A stretch of 32,670 nt of DNA from Chrysochromulina tobinii (lineage: Eukaryota): positions 1 to 32,670 of the forward strand of contig JWZX01003304.1 of the NCBI GenBank assembly GCA_001275005.1, given 5' to 3'. Shown one piece after another: positions 20,736-32,643 of the stretch. The translations under genes were made by a program, and so were the position numbers. The number at the start of each line of letters is the position of its first letter. The stretch's first letter is position 1. The notes under the pieces were generated by a model, which did not search any database, had not been told where the DNA came from, and was given only the letters and a program-made list of their open reading frames with translations.

Positions 20736-23700
20736 ATGATCCAGCCCTTGTTCTCATCGACGGACACGTCGGGCAAGGGCGAGGCGCTGCCCTTCGAGAA
20801 GATGTGCCAATGCTTCGAGGCGCTCACCATGGCGAACGTTAACCGGTTCCAAAAGGAGGGGATGATGATGAAGTTGTGGACGCAGTACGGCAAGGGCGTG
20901 CATGACATCTTCCCGCTCATGCGGCTGACGCTGCCGCACCTCGACACTGAGAGGCCCAACTACAAGCTGAAGCACAAGAATCTCGCGCGCAAGTACGTGG
21001 ATCTGCTCTCTCTGCCCGATTCGTCCGATGACGCACAGAAGATGCTCAACTGGAAGAAGCCATCGGCAGGCTTCACGCGCAATGAGCAGGGCAACTTCCC
21101 CGAGGTCGTGTACTCGGTCATCAAGGGCCGGTGCACCGTCACAAAGGGTCACATCACCGTAGGCGAGGTCAACGCGCTCCTCGACGAGCTCGCACAGGCC
21201 CAAAACCTCGAGGCCAAGGAACGCGTGCTCATGAAGATGCACACGACCACGACGGCGCAGGAGCAGCGCTGGCTGCTGCGCATCATCCTCAAGGACATGC
21301 ACATCGGCATGAAGGAGGACTCGATCTTAACGATGCTCCATGCCGATGCCAAGGAGCTCTACAACTCGGTCTGCGACCTGCACCAGACGTGCATCAAGTG
21401 CGCCGACCCGAGCTACCGGCTCGACCAGATCTCCGTGGTGCGCGGCTGCTTGCTGCCTTAGAGTGCCTCGGAGTGCGCCTGAGTGCCTCTGCTCGCTGCT
21501 GGCCTGCCTTGACCAGGAGTTGTTCAAGCCGTTCAAGCCGCGGCTCGCGCACAAGGCCGACTACCGGACCGTACACAAGGAGATGTACAAGAAGGGGGAC
21601 TACGTCGCCGAGTACAAGCTCGATGGCGAGCGTGTCGTGCTCCACTTTCGGCGCGGCGACGGCGCGGGCGGCTCCGCGCGCGCCGAATGGTGGACGCGCA
21701 ACTGCCACAACTTCACCCACCAGTACGGCGAGGCGCTCGCTCCGGTGCTCGCCGAGTGTCTCTCGCCTGAGCTGCGCGAGTGCATCCTGGACGGCGAGAT
21801 GATGGTGTGGAATCAGGCGACGGGCGACTACGCGCCCTTTGGCGAGAACCGGAGCCTCGCGGGCGACTACAAGCGCGACCTGCAACGGGACGGCTACCAG
21901 CCGTGCTACATCGTCTTCGACGTCGTCTGGCTCAACGGGAAGGGCCTCGCGTCTCTCCCGATGCGCGAGCGGCGCGAGCTCCTTCGACCTTATGTGCGGT
22001 GGAAGGCTCACTCGATGCAGCTGTCCGAGCAGGTTGTGGTGGAGCCCCACCCGCAGGGCAAGCCACCCTCCGAGGACCACACGATCGAGATCATGAACTG
22101 GCTCGATCGCGCCATGGCCAAGGGATATGAGGGCGTGATGCTCAAGTCGCTCAACGCGCCGTACGTCCCGGGCTCGCGGGACACCGATTGGCAGAAGCTC
22201 AAGCCCGATTACGTGCACGACATGGGCGACGACCTCGAGCTCCTCATCCTGGCCGGCTACTATGGCGAGGGCGTGACACGCAACGACGGCATCTCGACTT
22301 TTCTGTGCGGCGTGCGCGCCCCCAGCTCCGAGAGAGCCAAACTTGGCGTCCCGCCCGACATGCCGCTCTTCTACCCTTTCGCCAAGGTGGGCTCCGGCTA
22401 CACGCACGAGGCCTTGGTAGACCTGCGCTCGCAGCTGAAGAGCGCCGAGCGGCCGTGGCACAAGAGTGCGCGGCCGCTCCACCTATGCGGCTGGATCCCG
22501 AACAAGACGGACGACGAGCCACACGTTTGGTACGAGCCGACCCTCTCCAAGGTGATGCAGGTCGCCGCGTACGAGATCGTAAAGGGGGACGCCTTCATGC
22601 CGGCGGGCCTGACACTGCGCTTCCCGCGCCTCGCGCGCCTCCGAGATGACAAGGGCTGGGCCGACGTCGAACGTTTCGAGGAGCTGCAGCGGCGTGTGGC
22701 CGAGGGCAAGTCCAAGGTGGCTGCGTCCAAGCGCTCGGCGGCCGAGGTGGCACGCGCCGACGCGGCCGACCTCGAGTACGGCGGGCAGGCGGGAAAGCGA
22801 AGCAAGCCTTCGGCCAGCAAACTGCAGCGCAGCAAGGTGGGCGTGGTTTCGCATGCCGCGCACGACCTGCAGGCGCTCTCCCGCGTGGCGCGTGAGTTCG
22901 AGGTGCTTCGGTCGCACGTGGCCGTCGTCAAGGGCGTTGGCGGCAGCGTCGCTTCCATCGAGGAGCTTCTCGCCAAGCGACGCGAGTGGCAGGCGGCGCC
23001 TGAGGGTCGCCCAACGCCCACCCTGAGCGCGGACGCTCTCAAGCGATTGCTCAAACAGCTCGGCGCGGAGCGGGTGGATGCAAACGTTAACAAAGAGACG
23101 ACCCTGGTGGTGGACGCGGATCCGATCAACTCCATGTCCATGCAGACCAAGAACCTGGTCGCCGACTGCGAGAAGGAGCAGCGGACGCAGTTCAACGTGG
23201 TGGCGGCCGAGTGGCTGGTCCAGTGCTTCCTGGAGAAGCAGGCGGGGCAGGAAGCTCCGCCCCTAGAGCCTCTGTACGTGCGGTATGCGACGCCCGACAC
23301 GCGTGATGCGATGGGTCGCATCATGGATGAATGGGGCGACCGGTACCAGCAGCTAGCGACTGCGGACAGCCTCAAGGACGCATCCTCCCTTGTCAAGCGA
23401 AGGACGCTCCTCGGGGCACTCGGGGCACGCCCCTCGGTGGCCAGCGCGGCGCGCTCGGGTGGCGGCACGATGGTCCCATGCCATGGTGGTGCCACCACCA
23501 GCGGCGTCGGCGGTCCTCCTGTCGCGTGCGGCGGCAGTACGGCCATGACTGCGGCCGCAGGCGCCTCCTCGACGCGTAGCGTGGCCGAAGTGGAGGCGAT
23601 GGTGCTCGGCTATCTCGATCGACTCGAGGACGATCGAGATCTCGCCGAGCTGCGCCGCGGCCCCACGCGCATGCTCCTCAGCCGCGTCGTCGCCTACGCG

Positions 23701-23991
23701 CCGAGCGCGGCGGTGCGGCTGCGGCTGCGGCTCGCGGGGGCCGCTGTCGTGAGCGACCCTGAGGCTCCGGGCGCGACGGTGACGCATGCGGTGCTGGCGC
23801 CGAGCGCCATCGCGGATGGCTCGTGCGCACGGGTGCGCGCGGCGCTCACGCGCGCGCGCCTCGGCGCCACCCAGGCCAACGGAATGCAGGTCGCCTACGC
23901 GTACATCTTGTCCGAGGCCTGGCTGGACGCGTGCGAGAGGGCCGAGCAGAAGGTGGGCGAGGCGCAGTACCTGCTGCGGGAGGCCGCGTGA
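20736..23991 (+). CDS. LIG4: DNA ligase IV (NHEJ), ~1058 aa; exons 20736-21437, 21517-23991
   Basis: DNA-binding domain (RLTLPHLDTERPNYKLK, EQRWLLRIILKD, HADAKELYNSVCDL). Adenylation motif EYKLDGER, then ILDGEMMVW, EGVMLK, WQKLKPDY, KVGSGYT and TLRFPR. Two C-terminal BRCT-like segments end in ..EWL..C and ..AWL..C. Confidence 0.93.
21438..21516 (+). other. LIG4 intron, 79 nt, phase 0
   Basis: GTGCGC...TTGACCAG. Removal gives QISV|ELFKPFKPRLA. Three degenerate 10-mers GAGTGC(C/G)... at 21461-21490. A GT 3 nt upstream (21435) is an in-frame alternative donor. Confidence 0.85.
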
Positions 23992-25160
23992 GTGGCAGGG
24001 CTGAGGCAGCGACGTGACGTGTGGGGTGAGCACGTGTTTCTCCTACCTGGAGGCGCGAGGGAGCGGGCCCTGTGCCACTGTGTTGAAAACGACCATACAG
24101 GGTTAACCACCTGAGTGAGCGTTTGAAACCCTGCTCCCCCAAGGTCAAAATCTTGCGCCGTGTGCGGGGTGCGGGCGTGCGGCTCGCGCGGCCGCGCCCC
24201 GGCGCCCGGGTATAACATTTTTCCACTCACGGGCCCGTCTAGGGTCTTGCGGTCTTCACACTTCAGACTTCACGCGCACCCGACGCGGACACGCACGTCG
24301 AGTTAATTTGACCCTTTAAGAGTGCCGACCCGGTGGCGTGGCGCCCCACCGCCCCTTGCGCCTTGTCCGTAATTTTTTGCGTTAAACTTTTTATCGCCTT
24401 CGCTTCTTCATCGCCTTCGCGGCTATCTGCGCATCAGCGCAAATCATCGCGCGGGGGGGGGGGGGGTCCAGGGCGGGTCCGGGTGGCACAATTGGGGCGC
24501 AATCGGACCCGGAGTGTACTAACGGTCTAACGCAGGCGAACAGGCAGAGCAAGTGCGAAGTGCGAATTCATTGAGCTTGTTTTCTTGTTTAGGTACTTGT
24601 GTTGTTTCGACTAATTAGCTTGCTTGCTTGATAGAGTCCCTGGGGCATTCATGTGATGGTACTTGTTTACTACTTGTTTACATGTATGGCTGGAAATTCT
24701 CTGAGAAAACTAGAACTAGAACGTTAGAAGCTGTCTCTGAGCATGCATTGTGCGCAAGCGTGACGACCATTTCAGAAACCCCTTTCAGAAACCAATGTCA
24801 GAAACGTGCCCAACGTCCCCGAGTGAGTGAGTTGACTCAACGTCCCCGCCCGCCACTTTATACATGTACTGTACATTCCTTTATTTACAATTTATTCCTA
24901 CATACATACGATCACTTATGCATGAGACAGCTTTTGAGGTGTTTTCAGGCTCTCCGCCGACGAGGAACACACTTTCTGACGGCTGCCTGGTGCCGCCTGT
25001 CCGGCAGCAGACACAAAATCCTCGATTTCCCGTGTTTCCCCACACGCCCCACTCAAGTCGTCCACGGCGCGAAGCGGGGTCGACAGGCCACCACCGATCG
25101 ACGTCGCCGGTCGCCCAGCGATCCTCTTTCAACCCAGCACCAGCGGAGGATTCGAGCCCA

Positions 25161-28100
25161 ATGCCTTCCACAAAGGGTGGCCCTGCTCCTATGGAGACGA
25201 CCCCTGCGACCAGCGCCTCGCCTGCGGCGTCGAGGATGTCCCGCACGAAGCCCAACATGCCCGAGGAGTTTCTGGCCTCGCCCGTGCTCAACGGCCTCAG
25301 CTCCAAGCTGAGCTCCAAGCGCAAGGCTGAGACGCCCATGGGATGCCACCTCACGCAGATGACCCGCCTCCGCGACGGCCTCATCGCGGATGACAGCCAG
25401 CTCGACCTCCCCTACAACCGGAAGAAGGCGACGCTCATCCTGAGCGATGGCTCGCGCCATACGGGTTCCTCATTCGGCGCGGAGCGCTCGATGTCGAGCG
25501 AGGTGGTGTTCAACACGGCCATGGTCGGCTACCCCGAGTCGCTCACCGACCCGTCCTACCGCGGCCAGATCCTCACCCTCACGTTCCCGCTGATCGGCAA
25601 CTACGGTGTGCCGTCGGATGCTAAGGACGAGCTCGGGCTCCCCGCCTTCTTCGAGTCGGAGAAGGTGCACATCTCGGCGCTGCTCGTCTCGGACTACTCG
25701 CCCGACTCGTGCCACTGGAACCAGGTCAAGTCGCTTGGCGAGTGGCTCAAGGAGAACGGCGTGCCCGGCCTCACCGGCATGGACACGCGCGCCCTCACCA
25801 AGCGTATCCGGGAGCACGGCGCGATGCTCGGCAAGATCGTCTTCGAAGAGGACGACGAGAAGCTGGTGCCGCAGATCGATCCGAACTCGGACAACCTCGT
25901 CGCCCAGGTCTCGATCAAGGCGCCCAAGTTGTACACGTCATCGGTCGTGAGGCGCCTGAGCTCCTCGGGCAAGCCCATGCGGATCCTCGCGATCGACTGC
26001 GGCATGAAGGCGAACATCATCCGGTACTTCCTGTCCAAGGGCGTCGAGCTGCTGGTGGTGCCGTGGGACTATGACTTCCTCTCGGAGACGTACGACGGCC
26101 TCTTCATCTCCAACGGCCCCGGCGACCCGACGCAGTGCGGCGTGCTCATCAAGCGCCTCGCGGTCGCCCTGGCGCGCGAGGGCGCTGATTTCAAGCCCGT
26201 CTTCGGCATCTGCCTGGGCAACCAGCTGATCGCGCTCGCGGCAGGCTGCAAGACGTACAAGATGAAGTACGGCAACCGCGGCGCCAACCAGCCCTGCATC
26301 GACACGCGCACGGGCCGCTGCTACATCACCGCGCAGAACCACGGCTTCGCGGTCGACGTCTCGACGATCCCCGAGGGCTACCAGCAGCTCTTCGTCAACG
26401 CCAATGACGGCTCGAACGAGGGGCTCATCCACTCGACGAAGAACATCTTCTCGGTGCAGTTCCACCCAGAGGCATGCGCGGGCCCCACCGACACTGACTT
26501 CCTCTTCGAGATGTTCATGACCCGCGTCCAAGGGGCGTACAACCCGGTCACGACCTCGTACATCGCTCCGATCACCGGGCGCATGCAAAAGATCTTGCTG
26601 CTCGGCTCGGGCGGCCTCTCCATCGGCCAGGCAGGCGAGTTCGACTACTCGGGCTCGCAGGCGATCAAGGCGCTCAAGGAGATGCAGTGCCACATCGTGC
26701 TCGTCAACCCGAACATCGCCACCGTCCAGACCTCGGCTGGCATGGCCGATCGCGTCTACTTCCAGCCGGTGGTCGCCGAGACCGTCGCGCAGATCATCGC
26801 CAAGGAACGCCCGGACGGCATCTTGCTCCAATTCGGCGGCCAGACGGCGCTCAACTGCGGCGTCGAGCTCTACCGGAGCGGCGTGCTCGAAAAGTACAAT
26901 GTCAAAGTGCTTGGAACCCCTGTCGACGCCATCGTCGCCACCGAGGATCGCAAGATCTTCGCAGAGAAGCTGCGCGAGATCCACGAGAAGATTGCCGAGG
27001 GGCTCACGGCCGAGACGCCCGAGGATGTCGTGGCCTGCGCCCGCAAGCTCGGCTACCCCGTCATCCTGCGCGCCGCCTTCGCCCTCGGCGGCCTCGGCTC
27101 CGGCTTCGCCTCAAACGATGAGGAGTGCCTCGCGCTCGCGACCCAGGCCCTCTCGGGCTCCCCACAGGTGCTCGTCTGATGACTCCTCTGATGACTCCTC
27201 TGATGACTCTCGGGCTCCCCACAGGTGCTCGTCTGATGACTCCTCTGATGACTCCTCTGATGACTCTCGGGCTCCCCACGGGTGCTCGTCGACTGATGAC
27301 TGATATCTGATGGCTGATGACTGATGACTGATGCTCCCCTCAGGTGCTCGTCGAGCGCTCGTTCAAGGGCTGGAAGGAGATCGAGTATGAGGTGGTGCGC
27401 GACGCAGCGGACAACTGCATCACCGTGTGCAACATGGAGAACTTCGATCCGCTCGGCATCCACACGGGCGATTCGATCGTCGTCGCTCCCTCGCAGACGC
27501 TCTCCAACGCGGAGTACATGAAGCTGCGCTCAGTCGCCATCAAGGTGGCGCGTCACATCGGCATCGTGGGCGAGTGCAACATCCAGTACGCGCTCGACCC
27601 TGACTCGGAGGACTACTTCATCATCGAGGTGAACGCGCGCCTCTCGCGCTCCTCCGCCCTCGCCTCGAAGGCGACCGGCTACCCGCTCGCGTACGTCGCG
27701 TGCAAGCTCGCTCTGGGGGAGCAGCTCCCCGTCGTGCGCAACATGGTCACCAAGACGACGACTGCGTGCTTCGAGCCGTCGCTCGACTACTGCGTCGTCA
27801 AGTTCCCGCGCTGGGACCTGAACAAGTTCCGGAACGTGTCGGCCGGCCTCGGCTCGGCGATGAAGTCCGTGGGCGAGGTGATGGCCATCGGACGCAACTT
27901 TGCCGAGGCGATGCAGAAGGCGATCCGCATGGCGGCGCCGGGCACGCACGGATTCGAGCCCAAGCCGCCCTCGTCAACGGGCATCGGCGAGTTCGGCACG
28001 GAGGAGTCGTTCAAGCACGAGCTCGCCAACCCCACCGACCGGCGCGTGTGGGCGCTCGCCGCGGCATTCGAGTACGGCTACACGGTCGACCAATGCTTCC

Positions 28101-29986
28101 AGCTGACCAAGATCAACCCATGGTTCCTCTCGAAGCTGCACCACGTGCACAAGCTGCGCTGCGCGCTCAAGCAGCTCACGCCGCAAACCGTGACCAGTGA
28201 CATGCTGCGCCATGCCAAGCAGCAGGGCTTCGCCGACTCGCAGATCGCCAACGCGATGGGCTGCGACGATATGGTGGTCCGCACGCGGCGCAAGGCGGAG
28301 GGCATCACGCCCTTCGTCAAGCAGATCGACACGCTCGCCGCCGAGTTCCCTGCGCAGACCAACTACATGTACATGACGTACAACGCCCAGGAGTCCGACG
28401 TGGCGGTTGAGACCAAGCACCGCACCACCCAGACGACCATGGTGCTCGGCTGCGGCGCGTACCGCATCGGCTCGTCGGTGGAGTTCGACTGGTGCGCCGT
28501 CTCGTGCATCCGCACGCTGCGCAAGCTCGGCCACCGCGCGATCATGCTCAACTACAACCCTGAGACCGTCTCGACCGACTACGACGAGTGCGACGTGCTC
28601 TACTTCGAGGAGATCTCCCTCGAGCGCGTGATGGACATTTACGAGCTCGAGAAGGTCGACGGCGTCATCATTAGCATGGGCGGCCAGACCCCGAACAACC
28701 TCGCGATGCCCATGGAGCAGGCGGGCGTCAAGATCATCGGCACGTCGGCCTCGTCGATCGACAAGGCCGAGGACCGCAACAAGTTCTCCGCCATCCTCGA
28801 CAAGATCGGCGTCGATCAGCCCGAGTGGTCGGAGGTCACCTCCATTGCCAACGCCAAGGAGTTTTGCGAGCGCGTCACGTACCCTTGCCTCATCCGGCCC
28901 TCGTACGTGCTCTCGGGCGCGGCGATGAAGGTCGTCTTCAACGACAAGGACCTCGAGAAGTTCCTCGCGATCGCGTGCGACGTATCGCCCCTCCACCCGG
29001 TCGTCATCTCCAAGTTCGTCGAGGGTGCCAAGGAGATCGAGGTCGACACCGTCGCCAAGGACGGAGTGATCGTCAATTACGCCGTCGGCGAGCACGTCGA
29101 GAACGCGGGCGTGCACTCCGGCGATGCGACCCTCATGCTGCCGGCCCAGAAGCTCTACGTCGAAACGTGCCGTCGTGTGAAGCGCATCATGCGCGCGATC
29201 GCCAAGGAGCTCAACATCAACGGCCCGTTCAACATCCAGCTGCTCTCGAAGGACAATGAGGTCAAGGTGATCGAGGCCAACGTGCGCGCCTCGCGCACCT
29301 TCCCCTTCGTCTCCAAGACGCTCAAGGTCGACTTCAACGAGATCGCGACGCGCGTCATTGTCGGCGCCCACGTGCTGCCCGCTCAGATCTCGCTCATCGA
29401 TGTCGACTACGTTGGCATCAAGGCGCCCATGTTCTCGTTCACGCGCCTCCTCGGCTCGGACCCCGTCCTTGGCGTCGAGATGGCTTCCACTGGCGAGGTC
29501 GCCACCTTCGGCGAGGACAAGTACGAGGCGATCCTGTCCTCCATGCGCGCCGCCAACTTCCGGCTGCCCAAGCGCAACGTCTACCTGTGCATCGGGCCGA
29601 TGGCTGCAAAGATGGAGATGCTCGAGTCCGTGCGCGAGCTCATTGGGATGGGTCTCAAGGTGATCTGCTCGCCAGGCACCGCCGACTTTTTCAAGGCCAA
29701 CGACCTCGACATCTCGATGATGCACAAGCCCTCCTCGGGCCTGCTGCCCTCGGTGGTCGATGCGCTTGAGGCAAAGGAGATTGATCTCGTCATCAACATT
29801 CGCGACTCCAAGGCAGACGACGGTTCGGTCACCGATGGCTACCTCATTCGGCGCAAGGCAGTCGACTTCAAGGTATGCCTGCTCACGGACGTCAAGCTCG
29901 CCGCCCTCGTGATCCACGCGATGTGGCGCCTGCACAATGGCAAAGCGCCGCCCATGAAGGCGTGGGACGAGTTTGGCTCGTCGTAA
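25161..29986 (+). CDS. Glutamine-dependent carbamoyl-phosphate synthetase, fused GATase + synthetase (~1549 aa; exons 25161-27167, 27344-29986)
   Basis: Small-subunit motifs EVVFNTAMVGYPESLTDPSY, SNGPGDP, GICLGNQ (Cys at 26211) and QFHPE. Large-subunit motifs IGQAGEFDYSG, GGQTALN, GWKEIEYEV, IEVNARLSRSSALASKATGYP, RPSYVLSG and GVHSGDA, plus a C-terminal MGS-like domain. No DHOase/ATCase follows. The start is inferred (upstream in-frame ATGs exist). Confidence 0.95.
27168..27343 (+). other. CPS intron, 176 nt, phase 0, built from exon-junction duplications and CTGATGA repeats
   Basis: CCACAG|GTGCTC...CCTCAG|GTGCTC. A 57-nt period starts at 27150, 27207 and 27264. Six CTGATNN heptamers lie at 27293-27334. 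Removal restores SPQ|VLVERSFKGWKEIEYE. Confidence 0.93.
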
Positions 29987-31164
29987 GCCGCGACCGAAGG
30001 CGACAGAGAGCAAGGGGGCACACGCAGCAGGGCGGGATCTGTCTGGCCGACGTGCGAAGCCCCAAAGTGCCAGGAGGTGGCTGCATATGGTGGTGGTGGA
30101 GGACACGCGCTCTACTGGGCAGAATGGACCGCGCTGAGCCGGAAGGACAGCGCTAAGGAGGGCCAGTGCTGTGCAGCAGCAGAAAGGGACGTGGCGATAC
30201 GGTTCTATGCATGTGGGATGTGGCTTCGATGCGCATTCAATAGGAGGAGAGGGTTTTGCGACTCGGGTTAACCTACCCGGCCAAACATTAGTCAGATTGT
30301 GGCTGGTACATAGACGCGGGGAATTCCATACGCGATCGGATACGTGTAGTGCATCTCCCGCGGGACCGCGGCGCCGGGGCGGTCTTCCCCGGTCGGGTCG
30401 AGCGCGCAATCGGTATGTATAATATACGTAACAGGAAGACACACACTGATGTCCGGTCCGATCGACGACCCGGTCACGCTAGACGCTTGTCCGTTGTCGC
30501 TTCGCCACCCTCCACCGGACGCGCGGGCGCGCGGGCGGTCCTCGGACCCCCGCGGCGCGCGCAGCTTCGGACTCGCGACTCGGCAGCTTCTGGCGCTCTA
30601 GAATGGAATATCAATGCTCGCGACCATCTCTACCGACACACATAAAGCACAGTATATATATACAGAAATAGTACAGAAATGATATGCTATTCATGCTGTG
30701 CGGGAGGCCTGGACCCTGAGTGTGGTCTCCTGCGCAACATGAGCATCATCCGGGAGCAACGTGCGCGCGCTCCGATACCCGTCCAGGGGCCTGCGGCCTG
30801 GGGCGGCATACGTTTCCGTGTTCGCCCCCTCGGCCCATGCATCTGCGTCGCAGAGTCATCATGGCGATGACATCTATTGCGGTCGTGCGCTGGGCTCCAC
30901 TTCCACCCCCAGAACGTCGATCATGTCCCGTTGACCAATTGTTTCTTGCCCACGGCAATCCATGCACCTCGATCATTGCACCACTCCCGCGGCACCTGCG
31001 TATCATGGCACCTGTGATGAATGGAAGTAGCTCTCTTCTTTAGCTTCATCGTGCCCTGCTTTGCATTCGAGTGGCTCACGCCCATTGGCGAGCTGCGCCT
31101 TCTTCTGATAGAGTCCCTGACTTGTAATGCTACCACCTCTGGCTATGCGTCGGCCACGGCGACG

Positions 31165-32493
31165 TCAAGCAGCCTGCGAAATTGGGAGACCGGGTCGGTC
31201 AGCGAGGGAGCGAGGTCGGGTGGAGGGTGGGGGTCGCGGAGCGGGCGGGCTGGGAAGCAGAGCACTCGGGGAGGGGTGGGGGGAATGCGGGCGGCGGCGG
31301 CGGGGACGGGCGCACCACTCATTGACCCATGCATCGGCGGGGGTTTCGTGCATCTCGCTCCACTCGCCGTGAGGCGCCCCGCCGCTACCATTCGTCCCAA
31401 AGTGCCCAGGCAGCAGCGCTGCATGCCCGAGCTGCTGCTGCTGCAGGTAAAAGGCCTCGGCCAGCAGGGCATACGCTTGATTCTGCGCGGCGGCCACGAC
31501 GGCGGTGGCGGTGGCGGCGGCGGCGGCGGCCTCGGCTTTCATGCTCGACACGGCGCTCGCCGCTCCGGTGGCGGTATCGCTTGGCGCGGCGAGCCACGGC
31601 ACCGCACTGGGCGCTGGCATAAAGGACGTCGCGTCGAATCCGCCGCTCGACACGACGCCACTCGAGCTGCCAGGCATGTTGCACAGGCTGATCGCATTGA
31701 AGCAAGGCCCGGCTTGCTGAGAGTTGAAGCCGCCCGCACCCCCCGCGTACGAGGCGCTGCCCGCCGGCAGGGGCGCCAGCAGCTCGTGCCCAACCCAGCT
31801 GTGCGGGCCGCACTCCTCGGACGCCGCCATCATGGCCGACGAGTGCGGCGCACTGCCCTTGGGAGGAGTGAGCGTCGCCGCGAGCGCGTACTCGCTGCTC
31901 ATGACCGGCGCATGCAAGCTGACGCGCATCGGCGTCATGGAGGGCGTGCGCATCTCGGCCTCCACCTTCGCATCACCAACCTGCACGAAGACTGATGAGA
32001 GGGGGGCGACCGGATATGTGCATCCCTTTTTTGGATATGAGGAACCCGCCACGTCCCCTGCCGCAATCTCCGCGTCGAGCTCGTGATCCGAGAGTGAGGT
32101 GTTGCTGCTGTCGCAGCGTAGCTCGGTGCGGTCGCTCGTGTTGCTGCGCGCGGTGTCCAGCACAAACTCCTCGTCCTCATCCTCGTCGCCCCAAAACGTC
32201 TCCTCCTCCTCCTCCGCCTCGTCCACGTCCACGTCCTCGTCCTCGTCGTCCTCGTCCTCATTGGAAAAAGAGCAGCGCTGCGCCGCCGCGCGCTGCAACA
32301 TGCTGCGCGGCGAGTGCGCCTGCTTACGCGGCGACTCCTTGCGCTGCCGCTTCGTCGTCACGGAACTGCTCCCGCCGGCCCCGCCGCTCGACCCCCTCCC
32401 CTGCCGCTTGCCGTGCGCCGGCGGAGGCAGTGTGTCCAATCCCTCCATCTGGGCGCGCGCCAGGTGCTCAAAGTTGCGGATCCACTTGCGCAG
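31165..32493 (-). CDS. Terminal exon of an uncharacterised low-complexity protein (basic NLS-like patches, D/E tract, poly-A/Q); upstream exons outside the window
   Basis: Long ORF. A pyrimidine tract plus CAG acceptor (TTGTTCCTGCCCCTCGTGCCGCAG) lies immediately before LRKWIRNFEHL. An in-frame stop lies upstream at 32595-32593. Confidence 0.6.
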   Translation of the reverse strand: MRKWIRNFEHLARAQMEGLDTLPPPAHGKRQGRGSSGGAGGSSSVTTKRQRKESPRKQAHSPRSMLQRAAAQRCSFSNEDEDDEDEDVDVDEAEEEEETFWGDEDEDEEFVLDTARSNTSDRTELRCDSSNTSLSDHELDAEIAAGDVAGSSYPKKGCTYPVAPLSSVFVQVGDAKVEAEMRTPSMTPMRVSLHAPVMSSEYALAATLTPPKGSAPHSSAMMAASEECGPHSWVGHELLAPLPAGSASYAGGAGGFNSQQAGPCFNAISLCNMPGSSSGVVSSGGFDATSFMPAPSAVPWLAAPSDTATGAASAVSSMKAEAAAAAATATAVVAAAQNQAYALLAEAFYLQQQQLGHAALLPGHFGTNGSGGAPHGEWSEMHETPADAWVNEWCARPRRRRPHSPHPSPSALLPSPPAPRPPPSTRPRSLADRPGLPISQAA

Positions 32494-32643
32494 CTGCGGC
32501 ACGAGGGGCAGGAACAAGCCAGGGTGCATGTCAATGGGCGGGGGGGGCGTGCCTTGCTTCCGGCCCAAGGGTTCGCAACGCCCGATGCGGTTTCAGGCGC
32601 TCATCAAGTGTGGGGGCCGCGACCCCGAGTGAAGTCGAGGCGC

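Noticed and set aside
20736..23991. LIG4 as the linked enzyme of the intron-forming process
   Set aside because: NHEJ could be mechanistically relevant, but physical proximity of a housekeeping gene is not evidence.
27974..30442. Long antisense or alternative-frame ORFs (822 aa here; also 6223-7659, 14159-15532, 21394-22482, 31021-31995)
   Set aside because: Shadows of GC3-biased coding genes, with no recognisable motifs.
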